A DNA stretch of 64,000 bases from Pseudomonadota bacterium (GTDB lineage Bacteria; Pseudomonadota; Gammaproteobacteria; Burkholderiales; Eutrophovitaceae): positions 122,636 to 186,635 of the forward strand of contig JAQBTV010000002.1 of NCBI GenBank assembly GCA_027624715.1, given 5' to 3'. Positions 1 to 9,899 of the stretch are shown here, in pieces (position 1 is the stretch's first letter; each line of letters opens with the position of its first letter). The translations under genes and the position numbers were made by a program. The notes below the pieces were generated by a model. It searched no databases. It was not told the DNA's origin and worked only from the letters and a program-made list of their open reading frames with translations.

Positions 1-1
1 A

Positions 2-991
2 ATGTTAGTCATTTTTGTGTCGCCACTGACGACGCAGACGTTCGCTCGAGATGATGAGGAGCGGGTGTTGGGGTTAGAGGATGAATATGTCTATGGGCGC
101 AATCGTGGACCCAAGATAGGATACGTCGAACCCGAAATATTTGATCCTTTGTCGGATCCACTCTACCGTGCGGGGTACAAGAATTATCGACCGATTGGTG
201 TGCCAGATGGATTCAAAAAAATGACTGCCATGAAACGAACTGAAGAGTTAGGGGCAATTCTTGCTTGTGCAGATGGTTGGTTTTGGCCTTTTTCGCGTAC
301 AGCACGTAAAAATGAACCTGCTGGGCTGGAGATTGAACTCTTAAATGCTGTTGCAAAAAAGCATGATTTAAAAGTTGAGATGATGTGGGTGAACATGGCT
401 ACGCGATTTGGTTATGGGGCTCCAGGGGGAGCGTTTGACCTTTCCATTAATCGAGGGCTGTGTGATCTCGTGCTGGGGCTTACCATGACAGGTTCCGACG
501 AACATCAACTTGATCCCAGTGGGATTATTTATACGAAGTCGTTCATGAGCACAGGCTTTGTTCTAGTGACTCCAGGGCCGGTCAAAGGGTTGACCAGCTT
601 GGATGACGTTAAGAGATTGAACATCAAGATTGGTTTGCCTGCATATTCTCCTATGAGTGATTACGCTGTCGCGAATAATATTCCTCATGAAACATTTTTT
701 CAGAATTTCCGAGTGGTTGACGCTATGCTCGATGGCACAGTCGATGCGGCGATGATTTGGTCGGGGGCCATATCGCAAGCGAAATTGAACCGTCCTGATG
801 GTAATCTGGAAATGGTCAAAGGATATATTCCAATTCCGGAGATGCGTTGGAATAGTGCTTGGGGACTTAAAAACACAGAGACAGAATTCAAAAAATTTAT
901 TGATGATACCTTTGAGGAAATGCTTAAGTCGGGGGAGATTAAACGGATTGTTGAGCGGTATGGAATGCCTTTCTTCCCTCCCGTTGAATAA
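2..991 (+). CDS. MxaJ/XoxJ-like periplasmic substrate-binding protein (quinoprotein-dehydrogenase-associated SBP family 3); N-terminus may lie outside the window
   Basis: ILACADGWFWPFS and SINRGLCDLVLG resemble the MxaJ/XoxJ motifs LRVCADPxxLPFS and LxxGxCDxxxG; SBP-3-like C-terminus GEIKRIVERYGMP. Confidence 0.7.
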   Translation: MLVIFVSPLTTQTFARDDEERVLGLEDEYVYGRNRGPKIGYVEPEIFDPLSDPLYRAGYKNYRPIGVPDGFKKMTAMKRTEELGAILACADGWFWPFSRTARKNEPAGLEIELLNAVAKKHDLKVEMMWVNMATRFGYGAPGGAFDLSINRGLCDLVLGLTMTGSDEHQLDPSGIIYTKSFMSTGFVLVTPGPVKGLTSLDDVKRLNIKIGLPAYSPMSDYAVANNIPHETFFQNFRVVDAMLDGTVDAAMIWSGAISQAKLNRPDGNLEMVKGYIPIPEMRWNSAWGLKNTETEFKKFIDDTFEEMLKSGEIKRIVERYGMPFFPPVE

Positions 992-1048
992 GTATTAGTT
1001 AGTATAAATATAAATGTTTATTTTTGAGATTGATGAGAGGAAAAACTG

Positions 1049-1687
1049 ATGGATTTTGAAGCAAACATAGAAACAATAATATATTTCAGCAAAATGTCCG
1101 GAGGTTTGCTGCCTCTAATGGGGCTCCTTCTCCTAGTTACGATCATAGTTATTGTTGAGCGGTTGTACTTTTATCATCGTGTAGTTAGAAGTGGATCAAA
1201 TATGGAGCATGACCTGAACGTCATTGAACATCAAAATGCGGATCAGCTCAAAGAGCTAGAGGAGCACTACGAGGCGACGTTGCAAGTGGCGCTCATCAAA
1301 GCCGCGAAGTTAGCTAAGGGCAAAGACGCGGAAGAGATGGGTCGAAAAATCGAAGAATCCATTATGTGGGAATTGCCTAAATTAGATCGAGGTATCTGGT
1401 TTTTGGATACGTCTGTAACACTGGCACCACTCATGGGGTTGTTGGGAACTATTATAGGGATGGTAGATGCTTTCGATATATTGGGTACGGCTGATACCAT
1501 AAAAAGTTCGACGAAAATGGTAACAGGTGGAATTGCTGAGGCGCTGGTTGCAACTGGTGCCGGACTTCTGATAGCGATTGTCGCAGTGCTGTTTCTTAAT
1601 CACTTCAACAAGCGTATTCGCGTTGCGGTGCATCAAATGGATTTAATAAAAACCATGCTCATAAATCGTTTTCACAGTAATTCTTAG
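1049..1687 (+). CDS. exbB: MotA/TolQ/ExbB proton channel family protein
   Basis: APLMGLLGTIIGM and GIAEALVATGAGL signatures; first gene of an exbB-exbD-tonB trio. Confidence 0.9.
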   Translation: MDFEANIETIIYFSKMSGGLLPLMGLLLLVTIIVIVERLYFYHRVVRSGSNMEHDLNVIEHQNADQLKELEEHYEATLQVALIKAAKLAKGKDAEEMGRKIEESIMWELPKLDRGIWFLDTSVTLAPLMGLLGTIIGMVDAFDILGTADTIKSSTKMVTGGIAEALVATGAGLLIAIVAVLFLNHFNKRIRVAVHQMDLIKTMLINRFHSNS

Positions 1688-1737
1688 TCGCATTTTTGAT
1701 CAGCTAATCCCCTAATTTATTTAATTAAAAAATACCC

Positions 1738-2154
1738 ATGTTTAGAAGAGATAAAAATAGTTATTTTGTGGCAGACCGGCCTAGGGTCGAAGTCATTCCT
1801 ATGATTGACATCATGATGTTTCTCTTGGTTTTTTTTGTTGTGTTATCGATAAACATGATCGCCGGGACGGGTTTAGATATGAATCTTCCAGGGTCAAAAA
1901 CAACTCAAGATATCAAAGAGTCAACGATCACAGTGGGTGTCAAAAAAGATAACCAATTTATTGTTGACGGCGAAAAAATTTCAGGTGAGAGTTTAACTTC
2001 TAAGTTGCTTGAGCTTAAGAAGAATCGGAAAGTTTCAGTCATTATCGCAGGTGACAAAGACGTGCAATTAGAGACGTTAATTAACGTCATGGATAGTGTT
2101 CGCGGTGCCGGCATCAATTCTGTAGGTATTGCTGCTATAGCGGCTGACCAATAG
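1738..2154 (+). CDS. exbD: ExbD/TolR biopolymer transport protein
   Basis: VIPMIDIMMFLLVFF transmembrane segment with the conserved Asp; IAGDKDV periplasmic motif. Confidence 0.9.
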   Translation: MFRRDKNSYFVADRPRVEVIPMIDIMMFLLVFFVVLSINMIAGTGLDMNLPGSKTTQDIKESTITVGVKKDNQFIVDGEKISGESLTSKLLELKKNRKVSVIIAGDKDVQLETLINVMDSVRGAGINSVGIAAIAADQ

Positions 2155-2174
2155 GGTTAACGAAGAGACCTCAC

Positions 2175-2870
2175 ATGTTTGGTAAATACCGCCAAGTGAA
2201 AGCACTTTGGCCTGATCTCCATTTAGAAGAGAAAAGGTTCTTGCCCTGGTGGGCGGCGCTTGTGCTTGCATTATTAATACAGGTGTCGCCTTTTCTTGGC
2301 GGGTATCTCTATGGGTTATGGATTCCGCAGGTAACTCTTGAGGACGAGGGCTTACCTGAGATAAAAATGTCAGTCCGATTGGACGAGCGGCCGCCTCTTG
2401 AGGCGCTAAAGCCGCCTCCTCCAAAACCTAAGGAAGAGCTACCTAAGCCAGAGCTAGAAAAGATAAAAAATACTATCCCACTCGAACCTCCAAGGCCGTT
2501 ACCTGATGAAATCTCAGCAGAGATTAAATTGCCAGCGCATAAGCCTGAAGAGAAAGAAGATGAAGAAGAAGAAGAAGAGCCAGCGCTTCAATCCGTCTTT
2601 CAAGATGCAAGACCTGTGAGGAAAGTGCCGTTCCCTAAATACCCTAGGGAGGCTGAGGATGAGAGTATCGAGGGTAATATTACGGTGCGTATTATGGTTA
2701 ATGGTGATGGACGGGTCATGGATGTGCAGGTGGTTAACGCCAATCCTCCCGGAGTCTTTAATGAGGAGGTGTTGAGTAGTGTGCGCCAATGGCAGTTTAA
2801 GCGTGATGGAACTTTCTCGGAATTTGAACAAAAGTTTATTTTCAAGATTGATCCATGGACGAAATACTGA
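2175..2870 (+). CDS. tonB: TonB energy transducer
   Basis: N-terminal TM anchor, Pro/Lys/Glu-rich linker, C-terminal PKYPREA...IEGNITV...WQF TonB_C domain. Confidence 0.88.
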   Translation: MFGKYRQVKALWPDLHLEEKRFLPWWAALVLALLIQVSPFLGGYLYGLWIPQVTLEDEGLPEIKMSVRLDERPPLEALKPPPPKPKEELPKPELEKIKNTIPLEPPRPLPDEISAEIKLPAHKPEEKEDEEEEEEPALQSVFQDARPVRKVPFPKYPREAEDESIEGNITVRIMVNGDGRVMDVQVVNANPPGVFNEEVLSSVRQWQFKRDGTFSEFEQKFIFKIDPWTKY

Positions 2871-3054
2871 GTATTAAAAGACTTCGAATGCAGCTATTCA
2901 AGTTTAAACCTCGATTTTTGTGACCCAATCTATCAAGATTCCTATTTTATTGTAGACTGTATTCCATTTATTTTATGCTTTTTGGTTTAGTCTCAGGTCT
3001 CTTAGACCGATTGAATAAAGTTACAGTCAAGTCCAAGTTATTTAGGAAAATATA

Positions 3055-4257
3055 ATGCCGGTAATCTCACAACGCTCGAGTCAATTAGGGACAGAGAATG
3101 CATTTGTTGTTTTGGCTGAGGTAGGTGATCTTCAAAGGCAAGGCAAGGACATTGTATCTTTTTGTATCGGAATGCCTGATTTCCCAACACCACAGAATGT
3201 CCAAGATGCAGGCATTAGAGCTATTCAAGGTGGCAAGCATGGCTATACGCCATCTGCAGGTATCCCAGAAATAAGGCAGGCGGTTGCACAATATCTCAAT
3301 AACACACGTGGGTTGGATTATCAGGCTGACGATGTTGTAGTTGCTGCAGGTGCTAAGCCATTCATCATGTATTCAATACTTGCAACCACCGATTATGGTC
3401 AGGAGCATGAGGTCATTTATCCTAATCCGGGGTTTCCGATATACGAATCTCAAATAAAGGTGAATGGATCGATACCAGTTCCTTTGCATTTGCGGGAATC
3501 AAGAGGTTTTAATTTTGATCCAGCAGAATTAGAAGCAAGAATAAACGATAAGACCCGTTTGCTGATTCTTAATTCTCCTCAAAACCCAACTGGGGGTATT
3601 ATTTCTAGGGCTGAGTTAGCAGTTATTGCTGATATACTTGATAAATATCCGAACGTATGGGTATTCTCGGACGAGATTTATTCGCAATTATGCTTTGAAG
3701 AGTCATTTACCTCAATCGCGAGTTTTCCCAACATGACGGAGCGAACTATTGTAGCTGATGGGTGCTCGAAGACTTGGGCAATGACAGGTTGGAGACTAGG
3801 GTTCGCAGCGAATAAAGTGCTTGCACCAACCTTCACAAAATGGGTTACCAACACTGAGTCATGCGCCTCACATATCACGCAATGGGCTGGAGTCGAGGCG
3901 CTCAACGGTGACCAGTCTGGGGCGGCGATGATGCGCTCAAAGTTTCTCGAGCGCCGTGATTTGATCGTTGGCCTCTTGAATAAGGTTCCGGGCGTTACTT
4001 GTCTTATTCCAGGTGGTGCGTTCTATGTGTGGCCAAATGTGACTGAGGCCTGCGATATGATAGGCGTCAAAAATTCTCAAGAGTTGAGGCAACGACTGCT
4101 TCATGAGGCAGGGGTAGCTGTGTTGGCAGATATTCATTTTGGCCGACGGGTGCCCGATGATGGGCAGCACATCAGATTCAGCTATGCTGCTTCTAACGAG
4201 AATATTATTGAAGGTGTCGCGCGATTAGATGCCTTTGTTCGAAAGAATATGCGGTAA
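3055..4257 (+). CDS. PLP-dependent aminotransferase class I/II (aspartate aminotransferase-like)
   Basis: GMPDF, NSPQNPTG, SDEIY and SKTWAMTGWRLG (PLP lysine) motifs. Confidence 0.92.
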   Translation: MPVISQRSSQLGTENAFVVLAEVGDLQRQGKDIVSFCIGMPDFPTPQNVQDAGIRAIQGGKHGYTPSAGIPEIRQAVAQYLNNTRGLDYQADDVVVAAGAKPFIMYSILATTDYGQEHEVIYPNPGFPIYESQIKVNGSIPVPLHLRESRGFNFDPAELEARINDKTRLLILNSPQNPTGGIISRAELAVIADILDKYPNVWVFSDEIYSQLCFEESFTSIASFPNMTERTIVADGCSKTWAMTGWRLGFAANKVLAPTFTKWVTNTESCASHITQWAGVEALNGDQSGAAMMRSKFLERRDLIVGLLNKVPGVTCLIPGGAFYVWPNVTEACDMIGVKNSQELRQRLLHEAGVAVLADIHFGRRVPDDGQHIRFSYAASNENIIEGVARLDAFVRKNMR

Positions 4258-4285
4258 TCTAAATAACTAGATCGAACCGTGTTGA

Positions 4286-5914
4286 TTACGCCGCAAATTT
4301 TTGTGCGTGTTCGCGTACGTTATGGAACTCAATATCAGGCCATCGTTCCATAGTTAAATCTAGGTTGGGTTTAGATGTGGCTAAAAATGCCAAACTTCCA
4401 GACGCATCGTGTGCCAAGTTTCCAGCCAGTTTTTTTTCAAACTCGATCAGTTTCTTTTTGTTTGATGAGGTGATCCAGCGGGCCCCATAGAAACTAAGGG
4501 ACCGAGTACTTGCATCAACGCCATATTCAGCTTTTAGGCGATGTGCGACGACTTCAAACTGTAACAGCCCGACTGCGCCTAAGATCATTTCATTGCCGAT
4601 GACGGGTTTGAAAACCTGTATGGCACCCTCTTCGCCAAGTTGTTGTAACCCTTTTTGAAGTTGTTTACTTTTAAGTGGATCCTTGAGATTCACGCCTTGA
4701 AATAATTCGGGAGCGAAGTATGGAATGCCTGTGAAGGATAATGACTCTCCGACGGTAAAGGTGTCTCCAATATCAATGCTCCCGTGATTGAGAAGGCCGA
4801 TGATGTCTCCAGGCCAAGCATCTTCAATAGTTTCGCGTCTCTGAGATAAGAAGCTTACGACTTGACCCGCTCGGATTTCTTTGCCGCTCCTGACGTGCAG
4901 TAATTTCATGCCTCTTGAGAAACGTCCCGAGCAAACTCTCAGAAATGCAATTCGATCACGATGCTGTGGGTCCATATTGGCTTGTATCTTGAACACAAAG
5001 GCTGAAAAATTGTTTTCCTCAGGCGCAACAGAGCGTTCAATGGCGAGGCGCGCACGAGGCGAGGGCGCATCTTCAACTAAGGCTTCAAGGGCTTTGATGA
5101 CGCCAAAATTATTCATGGCAGACCCAAAAAATACGGGCGTGAGCTCGCCTTCAAGAAAATATTCCCTGTCAAAATGTCTGCCATCTTCTTGTAAGAGACT
5201 GATTTCATCTTGAGTCTCGGCGACTTCAGCCGAGAATCGAGCATCGACCATATTTTTGTCCAATCCCTTTAGGGCTGAGATGTTTCTTTGATCTGGGTTA
5301 TTCGGATCGAAGAGTAGTGTTTCTTGTCTTGCTAAATCGTAAATTCCGGCAAGTCTTTTCCCCATTCCGATTGGCCAGGTAATCGGTGCACAATGAATAT
5401 TGAGCACCGATTCAATCTCGTCGATAATTTCTAAGGGATGCCTGCCTTCGCGATCAAGTTTATTCACAAAAGTGATGATGGGGGTGTTTCTTTGTCGACA
5501 GACTTCTAAAAGTTTTATGGTTTGTGATTCGACACCCTTCGTACAGTCGATAACCATCAATGCTGCATCGACTGCGGTTAATACTCGATAGGTATCTTCC
5601 GAAAAATCTCTATGGCCCGGTGTGTCCAACAAATTAATCACGCAATCGCGGTATTCAAATTGCATAACCGAGCTTGCGACTGAAATGCCTCGTTCTTTTT
5701 CGATGGCCATCCAGTCCGAGGTTGCATATTTATTAGATTTTCTTGCTTTAACCGTTCCTGCAGCTTGTATCGCACCACCAAAGAGCAATAACTTTTCCGT
5801 TAGCGTTGTTTTTCCAGCATCAGGGTGAGAAATGATTGCGAAGGTCCTACGTCTCTTAGCCTCCGTTTGGACTTCGTTTTTTGTCTGTTCCACAGGTTTG
5901 TTGTGCGTACTCAA
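4286..5914 (-). CDS. prfC: Peptide chain release factor 3
   Basis: RRRTFAIISHPDAGKTTLTEKLL, DTPGH, NKLD, FKIQANMDPQHRDR. Confidence 0.97.
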   Translation of the reverse strand: MSTHNKPVEQTKNEVQTEAKRRRTFAIISHPDAGKTTLTEKLLLFGGAIQAAGTVKARKSNKYATSDWMAIEKERGISVASSVMQFEYRDCVINLLDTPGHRDFSEDTYRVLTAVDAALMVIDCTKGVESQTIKLLEVCRQRNTPIITFVNKLDREGRHPLEIIDEIESVLNIHCAPITWPIGMGKRLAGIYDLARQETLLFDPNNPDQRNISALKGLDKNMVDARFSAEVAETQDEISLLQEDGRHFDREYFLEGELTPVFFGSAMNNFGVIKALEALVEDAPSPRARLAIERSVAPEENNFSAFVFKIQANMDPQHRDRIAFLRVCSGRFSRGMKLLHVRSGKEIRAGQVVSFLSQRRETIEDAWPGDIIGLLNHGSIDIGDTFTVGESLSFTGIPYFAPELFQGVNLKDPLKSKQLQKGLQQLGEEGAIQVFKPVIGNEMILGAVGLLQFEVVAHRLKAEYGVDASTRSLSFYGARWITSSNKKKLIEFEKKLAGNLAHDASGSLAFLATSKPNLDLTMERWPDIEFHNVREHAQKFAA

Positions 5915-5995
5915 TCAGTGTGTTTAATATTCGTATTAGGATGCGCATTCTAACGCTCATGCATTATTCATGCTACGCATTCTAGAATTGGGTGT

Positions 5996-6841
5996 TTAGC
6001 GTTTTGAGGTATCTACAGGTAAGCGGTCTAGTAAAATGTCTTGATAACGCATTTCAATCGCAGGCTTCATTTTGGCGTGGGGGAGTATGTAAAAGTGTTT
6101 ATCTTGGATTGCTGCGAGGACATGATCTGCGACTTGTTCGGCGCTTATTTTGCCGGACTCAACCGCTTTTTTAAGATTTTTTTCCATATCTACTTCAAAC
6201 GCAGATTTTTCGCGTTTGTCTTGGAGTTGTTCTGGTCGATTACGTTCTGAATCGGCGATGCGTGTAGGAACGTAGGCAGGGCATAAAACGGAACAATGCA
6301 CGTGTTCTGCCACGCTCGTTAAGTCGTGATGCAGGCATTCGCTCATTGTGACGACGGCATGTTTTGTCGCGCAATAGAGCCCCATGCCGTTAAATGACAT
6401 CAATCCCGCGACTGAGGCTGTATTAACAATGTGCCCCTCTTCTTTTTGATTGAGTAAAATGGGAGTGAATACACGGATGCCGTGGATGACGCCCCAAACG
6501 TTGGGACCGAAGGCCCATTCCCAATCCTTCGTTGAATGCTCCCAGATGAGCCCGCTGAGAGAGACTCCAGCATTATTACACACCACATTTACAGATCCAA
6601 AGTGTTCTAGAGTGCAATGTGCGAGATTTTCTACGTCTTCAGCAAGTGATACGTCGCATGACACGCCTAGTGCACTAACGCCAAGAGTTTCAAGATCTGA
6701 AACGGCTGCGTTTAGTCGTTCTGTTTCAATATCTGCAAGGACGATTCTCATGCCTTCTCGTCCAAAACGTTTTGCCATGGCAAGCCCAAGGCCACTGGCC
6801 CCACCAGTAATGACCGCTACTTTGTTTTTAAGGTTTCTCAT
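5996..6841 (-). CDS. Short-chain dehydrogenase/reductase
   Basis: TGGASGLG, NNAG, YCATK (YxxxK). Confidence 0.92.
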   Translation of the reverse strand: MRNLKNKVAVITGGASGLGLAMAKRFGREGMRIVLADIETERLNAAVSDLETLGVSALGVSCDVSLAEDVENLAHCTLEHFGSVNVVCNNAGVSLSGLIWEHSTKDWEWAFGPNVWGVIHGIRVFTPILLNQKEEGHIVNTASVAGLMSFNGMGLYCATKHAVVTMSECLHHDLTSVAEHVHCSVLCPAYVPTRIADSERNRPEQLQDKREKSAFEVDMEKNLKKAVESGKISAEQVADHVLAAIQDKHFYILPHAKMKPAIEMRYQDILLDRLPVDTSKR

Positions 6842-6917
6842 GTTTTGCTCCGGCTTTTTTTTCTAAGTCTAGTATGCCATGACCATGAGATAATAAGTTG
6901 TAAGGAGATATTTAAAA

Positions 6918-7985
6918 ATGCATGAACAATTTATCGGTACTCGGCCCGTTGATCCCAAGCGACAATTTAATCTCGATCGCTTAGGAGAATATTTAAGCGC
7001 ATGTATTGATGGATTCCAAGGGCCTATTGAGCTTGAACAATTTAGTGGTGGGCAATCTAACCCAACTTTTCTTCTTAAGGCCTCAAGCGGTAAGTATGTG
7101 TTACGTCGAAAGCCTTCTGGAAAGTTATTGCCATCAGCCCATGCGGTTGACAGAGAGTATCGTGTCATGAGTGCTCTGTATCCTACTGACGTGCCTGTCG
7201 CAAAAACGCATTGTCTGTGTGAGGACGAAACGGTCATTGGGACTGCTTTTTATGTGATGGACTTTGTGCAAGGTCGTGTTCTTTGGGATGGTCTACTACC
7301 GGATTTGGATCGAGACGAGAGATCGAGTATTTACGACGAGATGAATCGCGTGATCGCGGTGCTACATACTATTGATCAATCTACGGTGGGTCTCGAGTCT
7401 TTTGGTCGACCAGGAAATTTCGTTGAGCGACAAATCAGTCGATGGATTAAACAATACCGCGCTTCAGAAACGGAAGAGATTGAACCGATGGAGAACCTCA
7501 TTCAGTGGTTGCCTGATAACGTACCCCAAAGTGAGGAAATCTCTATCACGCATGGTGACTATCGATTGGACAATGTGATCTTTCATCCTACTGAAGCCAA
7601 AGTCTTAGCGGTATTGGACTGGGAGCTATCAACGTTAGGTCATCCTGTGGCGGATCTCGCGTATCACTGCATGTACTGGAGACTGACCCCGGGTGAGTTT
7701 CGCGGTATTGCTGGTGTAGACCATGAGCAAACCGGGATTCCTCACGAGGAGCAGTACGTTGAACGTTATTGCCAGCGCACTGGAAGGACTTCAATTGAAA
7801 ATTGGGATTTCTATATTGCCTACAACATGTTTCGATTAGCCGGTATTCTTCAAGGAATTATGGGGCGCGTTAAGGATGGGACTGCTGCTAATGCGCATGC
7901 GCTAGAACAGGGTAAACGAGCTCGACCCATGGCGGAGGCGGGTTGGAGGCAGGTTGAGAAAATCCTAAGAAAACCCGTTTCATAA
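6918..7985 (+). CDS. Phosphotransferase (APH-like, ACAD10/11 N-terminal kinase family)
   Basis: GGQSNPT, LLPSAHAVDREYRV, HGDYRLDN, LDWELSTLGHP. Confidence 0.9.
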   Translation: MHEQFIGTRPVDPKRQFNLDRLGEYLSACIDGFQGPIELEQFSGGQSNPTFLLKASSGKYVLRRKPSGKLLPSAHAVDREYRVMSALYPTDVPVAKTHCLCEDETVIGTAFYVMDFVQGRVLWDGLLPDLDRDERSSIYDEMNRVIAVLHTIDQSTVGLESFGRPGNFVERQISRWIKQYRASETEEIEPMENLIQWLPDNVPQSEEISITHGDYRLDNVIFHPTEAKVLAVLDWELSTLGHPVADLAYHCMYWRLTPGEFRGIAGVDHEQTGIPHEEQYVERYCQRTGRTSIENWDFYIAYNMFRLAGILQGIMGRVKDGTAANAHALEQGKRARPMAEAGWRQVEKILRKPVS

Positions 7986-8025
7986 GGCTTGATCTAGGGA
8001 GTTGAATCCAAGATTCTTAGTCCCC

Positions 8026-8067
8026 TTGCATTTGGCGCAACTCTAAACGATAATCATTCTCATTAAT
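8026..8067 (+). promoter_or_regulatory. Sigma70 promoter with overlapping Fur box upstream of bfd
   Basis: TTGCAT (8026-31), 17-nt spacer, GATAAT (8049-54); 8049-8067 GATAATCATTCTCATTAAT matches the 19-bp Fur consensus at 14/19 positions. Confidence 0.78.
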
Positions 8068-8091
8068 ATTGCGATTTGGGGAAGTGGATAC

Positions 8092-8283
8092 ATGTACTTA
8101 TGTGTGTGTAGAGCCGTCCGGGAATCTGAGGTTGATTACGCTATTGACCAAGGGTGCAGGACTTTTAAGGACATCTCGGACAAAACGGGGTGCTCTAAGG
8201 AATGTGGTCAGTGCACACTGGCCGTGAAGGGTTATATTGATCAACGCTTTGAGTCTTTCCTCGAGGATATACGCTCCATTTAG
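8092..8283 (+). CDS. bfd: Bacterioferritin-associated [2Fe-2S] ferredoxin
   Basis: MYLCVCRAV...CGQC (CxC...CxxC) Bfd pattern, 63 aa, Fur box upstream. Confidence 0.88.
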   Translation: MYLCVCRAVRESEVDYAIDQGCRTFKDISDKTGCSKECGQCTLAVKGYIDQRFESFLEDIRSI

Positions 8284-8357
8284 TGGATTAGATCTCTCAT
8301 CGAGCGTGCCATGACTGCCTTAAAACGTTTAAATCTTCACAAAATAAGGACCACAGT

Positions 8358-9338
8358 ATGCGAGCAGTACTATGCAAAGAGTTAGGAATGCCTGATGGTT
8401 TGGTCTTGGAGGAAGTGCCAGGCTTAGTGCCAGGTATAGGGCAGGTTGTGATAGCGGTTCAGGCTTGTGGGGTAAATTTCCCAGACACGCTCATTATCCA
8501 AGGAAAATATCAATTTAAGCCGGATCTGCCATTTTCTCCAGGTGGAGAGGTCGCGGGAGTAGTCAAGCAAGTGGGTCCCGATGTGGACACTCTGAAGGTT
8601 GGGGATCGAGTCATTGCATTTTCAACATGGGGAGGCTTTGCTGAGGAGTTGGTTGTCGAGCAAACCCGTACCGTTATGATTGCTGACAAAATGGATTTTG
8701 AAAGAGCGTCCGCTTTCGTTTTGACGTATGGCACGAGTTATCACGCGTTGAAGGATCGTGCTCAATTGCAAGCCGGTGAAACTCTACTGGTTCTTGGCGC
8801 CTCTGGAGGTGTTGGTATAGCTGCGATTCAATTAGGCAAAGTCCTAGGTGCAACGGTGATCGCTGCGGCATCAAATGCCGACAAATTGTCTGTTTGCAGG
8901 CAAAGCGGTGCAGATCACTTAATTAATTATGCGCAAAGTGATTTGCGTCAGTCTGTTAAAGACATCACGCAAGGTCGCGGTGTTGATGTGGTTTACGATC
9001 CGGTGGGTGGCTCATTTTCGGAGAAAGCGCTCCGAGATATGAGTTGGGGTGGTCGATTTTTAGTGGTTGGTTTCGCTGCAGGTGAGATTCCAAAAGTGCC
9101 GCTTAATTTGCCATTACTCAAAGGATGTTCTGTTGTTGGTGTTTTTTGGGGAGAGTTTACTAAGCGTCAGCCAGATTTGAATAAAAAGAACAACCAAGAA
9201 TTAATGGATTTATTCGAGCAAGGAAAAATATCTCCGTACATTCACAAAGTTTATCCGCTAGAGCGGGCGGGTGAGGCGCTTAACGAACTTATGCAAAAGC
9301 GCGTTATTGGCAAAGTGGTGCTCTCAACCAGTCGTTAG
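8358..9338 (+). CDS. NADPH:quinone oxidoreductase (zeta-crystallin/MDR family)
   Basis: GVNFPDTLIIQGKYQ, PFSPGGEVAG, LGASGGVG, GKVVL. Confidence 0.92.
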   Translation: MRAVLCKELGMPDGLVLEEVPGLVPGIGQVVIAVQACGVNFPDTLIIQGKYQFKPDLPFSPGGEVAGVVKQVGPDVDTLKVGDRVIAFSTWGGFAEELVVEQTRTVMIADKMDFERASAFVLTYGTSYHALKDRAQLQAGETLLVLGASGGVGIAAIQLGKVLGATVIAAASNADKLSVCRQSGADHLINYAQSDLRQSVKDITQGRGVDVVYDPVGGSFSEKALRDMSWGGRFLVVGFAAGEIPKVPLNLPLLKGCSVVGVFWGEFTKRQPDLNKKNNQELMDLFEQGKISPYIHKVYPLERAGEALNELMQKRVIGKVVLSTSR

Positions 9339-9350
9339 TGTTCGTACAAA

Positions 9351-9899
9351 ATGAATAACGATTGGTTCAAACTTATTGGTATTCCCATTGCGACTGTAGT
9401 GGTATCTGGGCATGTCTATGCGGCGGAATATTTAAGCGTAGAACAGGCGCAAAAGTTGATGTTTGGCAATTCAGCTGTGTTTAAAAAATCAGATGTTGAT
9501 CTAAACAGTAATGCAAAAAAAGCAATTAAAAATGCCTCTGGTGTAGTCGTTGATAGAGATGTTTTGCCCGCTTGGAAGGTATTTTATGGTGGTAATTTAT
9601 CTGGTTACTTTATTGTGGATGAGGTTATTGGAAAGCATGAATACATCACTTATGCTGTGGCCCTAAGTGCTCAGGGTGAATTGAGGCAAATTGAGATTTT
9701 GGCATACCGTGAGAGTTATGGTTATGAGGTGCGAAATCCCCGTTGGCGTGAGCAATTTGTGGGACATAAACCTGGATCAAATCTTGACCTCGGGGAGGAA
9801 ATTAAAAATATTTCTGGAGCAACCATGTCCTGCCGGCATATTACAGAAGGGGTGAATCGGGTGTTGGCCACTTATGATCTCTACCTCAAAAATCAGTAA
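9351..9899 (+). CDS. Exported FMN-binding (flavinylated) domain protein
   Basis: Signal-peptide-like N-terminus ending VYA-AEY; ISGATMS flavinylation motif ([S/T]GA[S/T]); overlaps apbE. Confidence 0.85.
   Translation: MNNDWFKLIGIPIATVVVSGHVYAAEYLSVEQAQKLMFGNSAVFKKSDVDLNSNAKKAIKNASGVVVDRDVLPAWKVFYGGNLSGYFIVDEVIGKHEYITYAVALSAQGELRQIEILAYRESYGYEVRNPRWREQFVGHKPGSNLDLGEEIKNISGATMSCRHITEGVNRVLATYDLYLKNQ

Noticed and set aside
2390-2582. Low-complexity CCN and GAA repeats
   Set aside because: They encode the normal Pro/Glu-rich TonB linker
5944-5984. Direct repeat CGCATTCTA upstream of prfC
   Set aside because: Only two 9-bp copies; reads TAGAAT on the minus strand and is best explained as -10 elements
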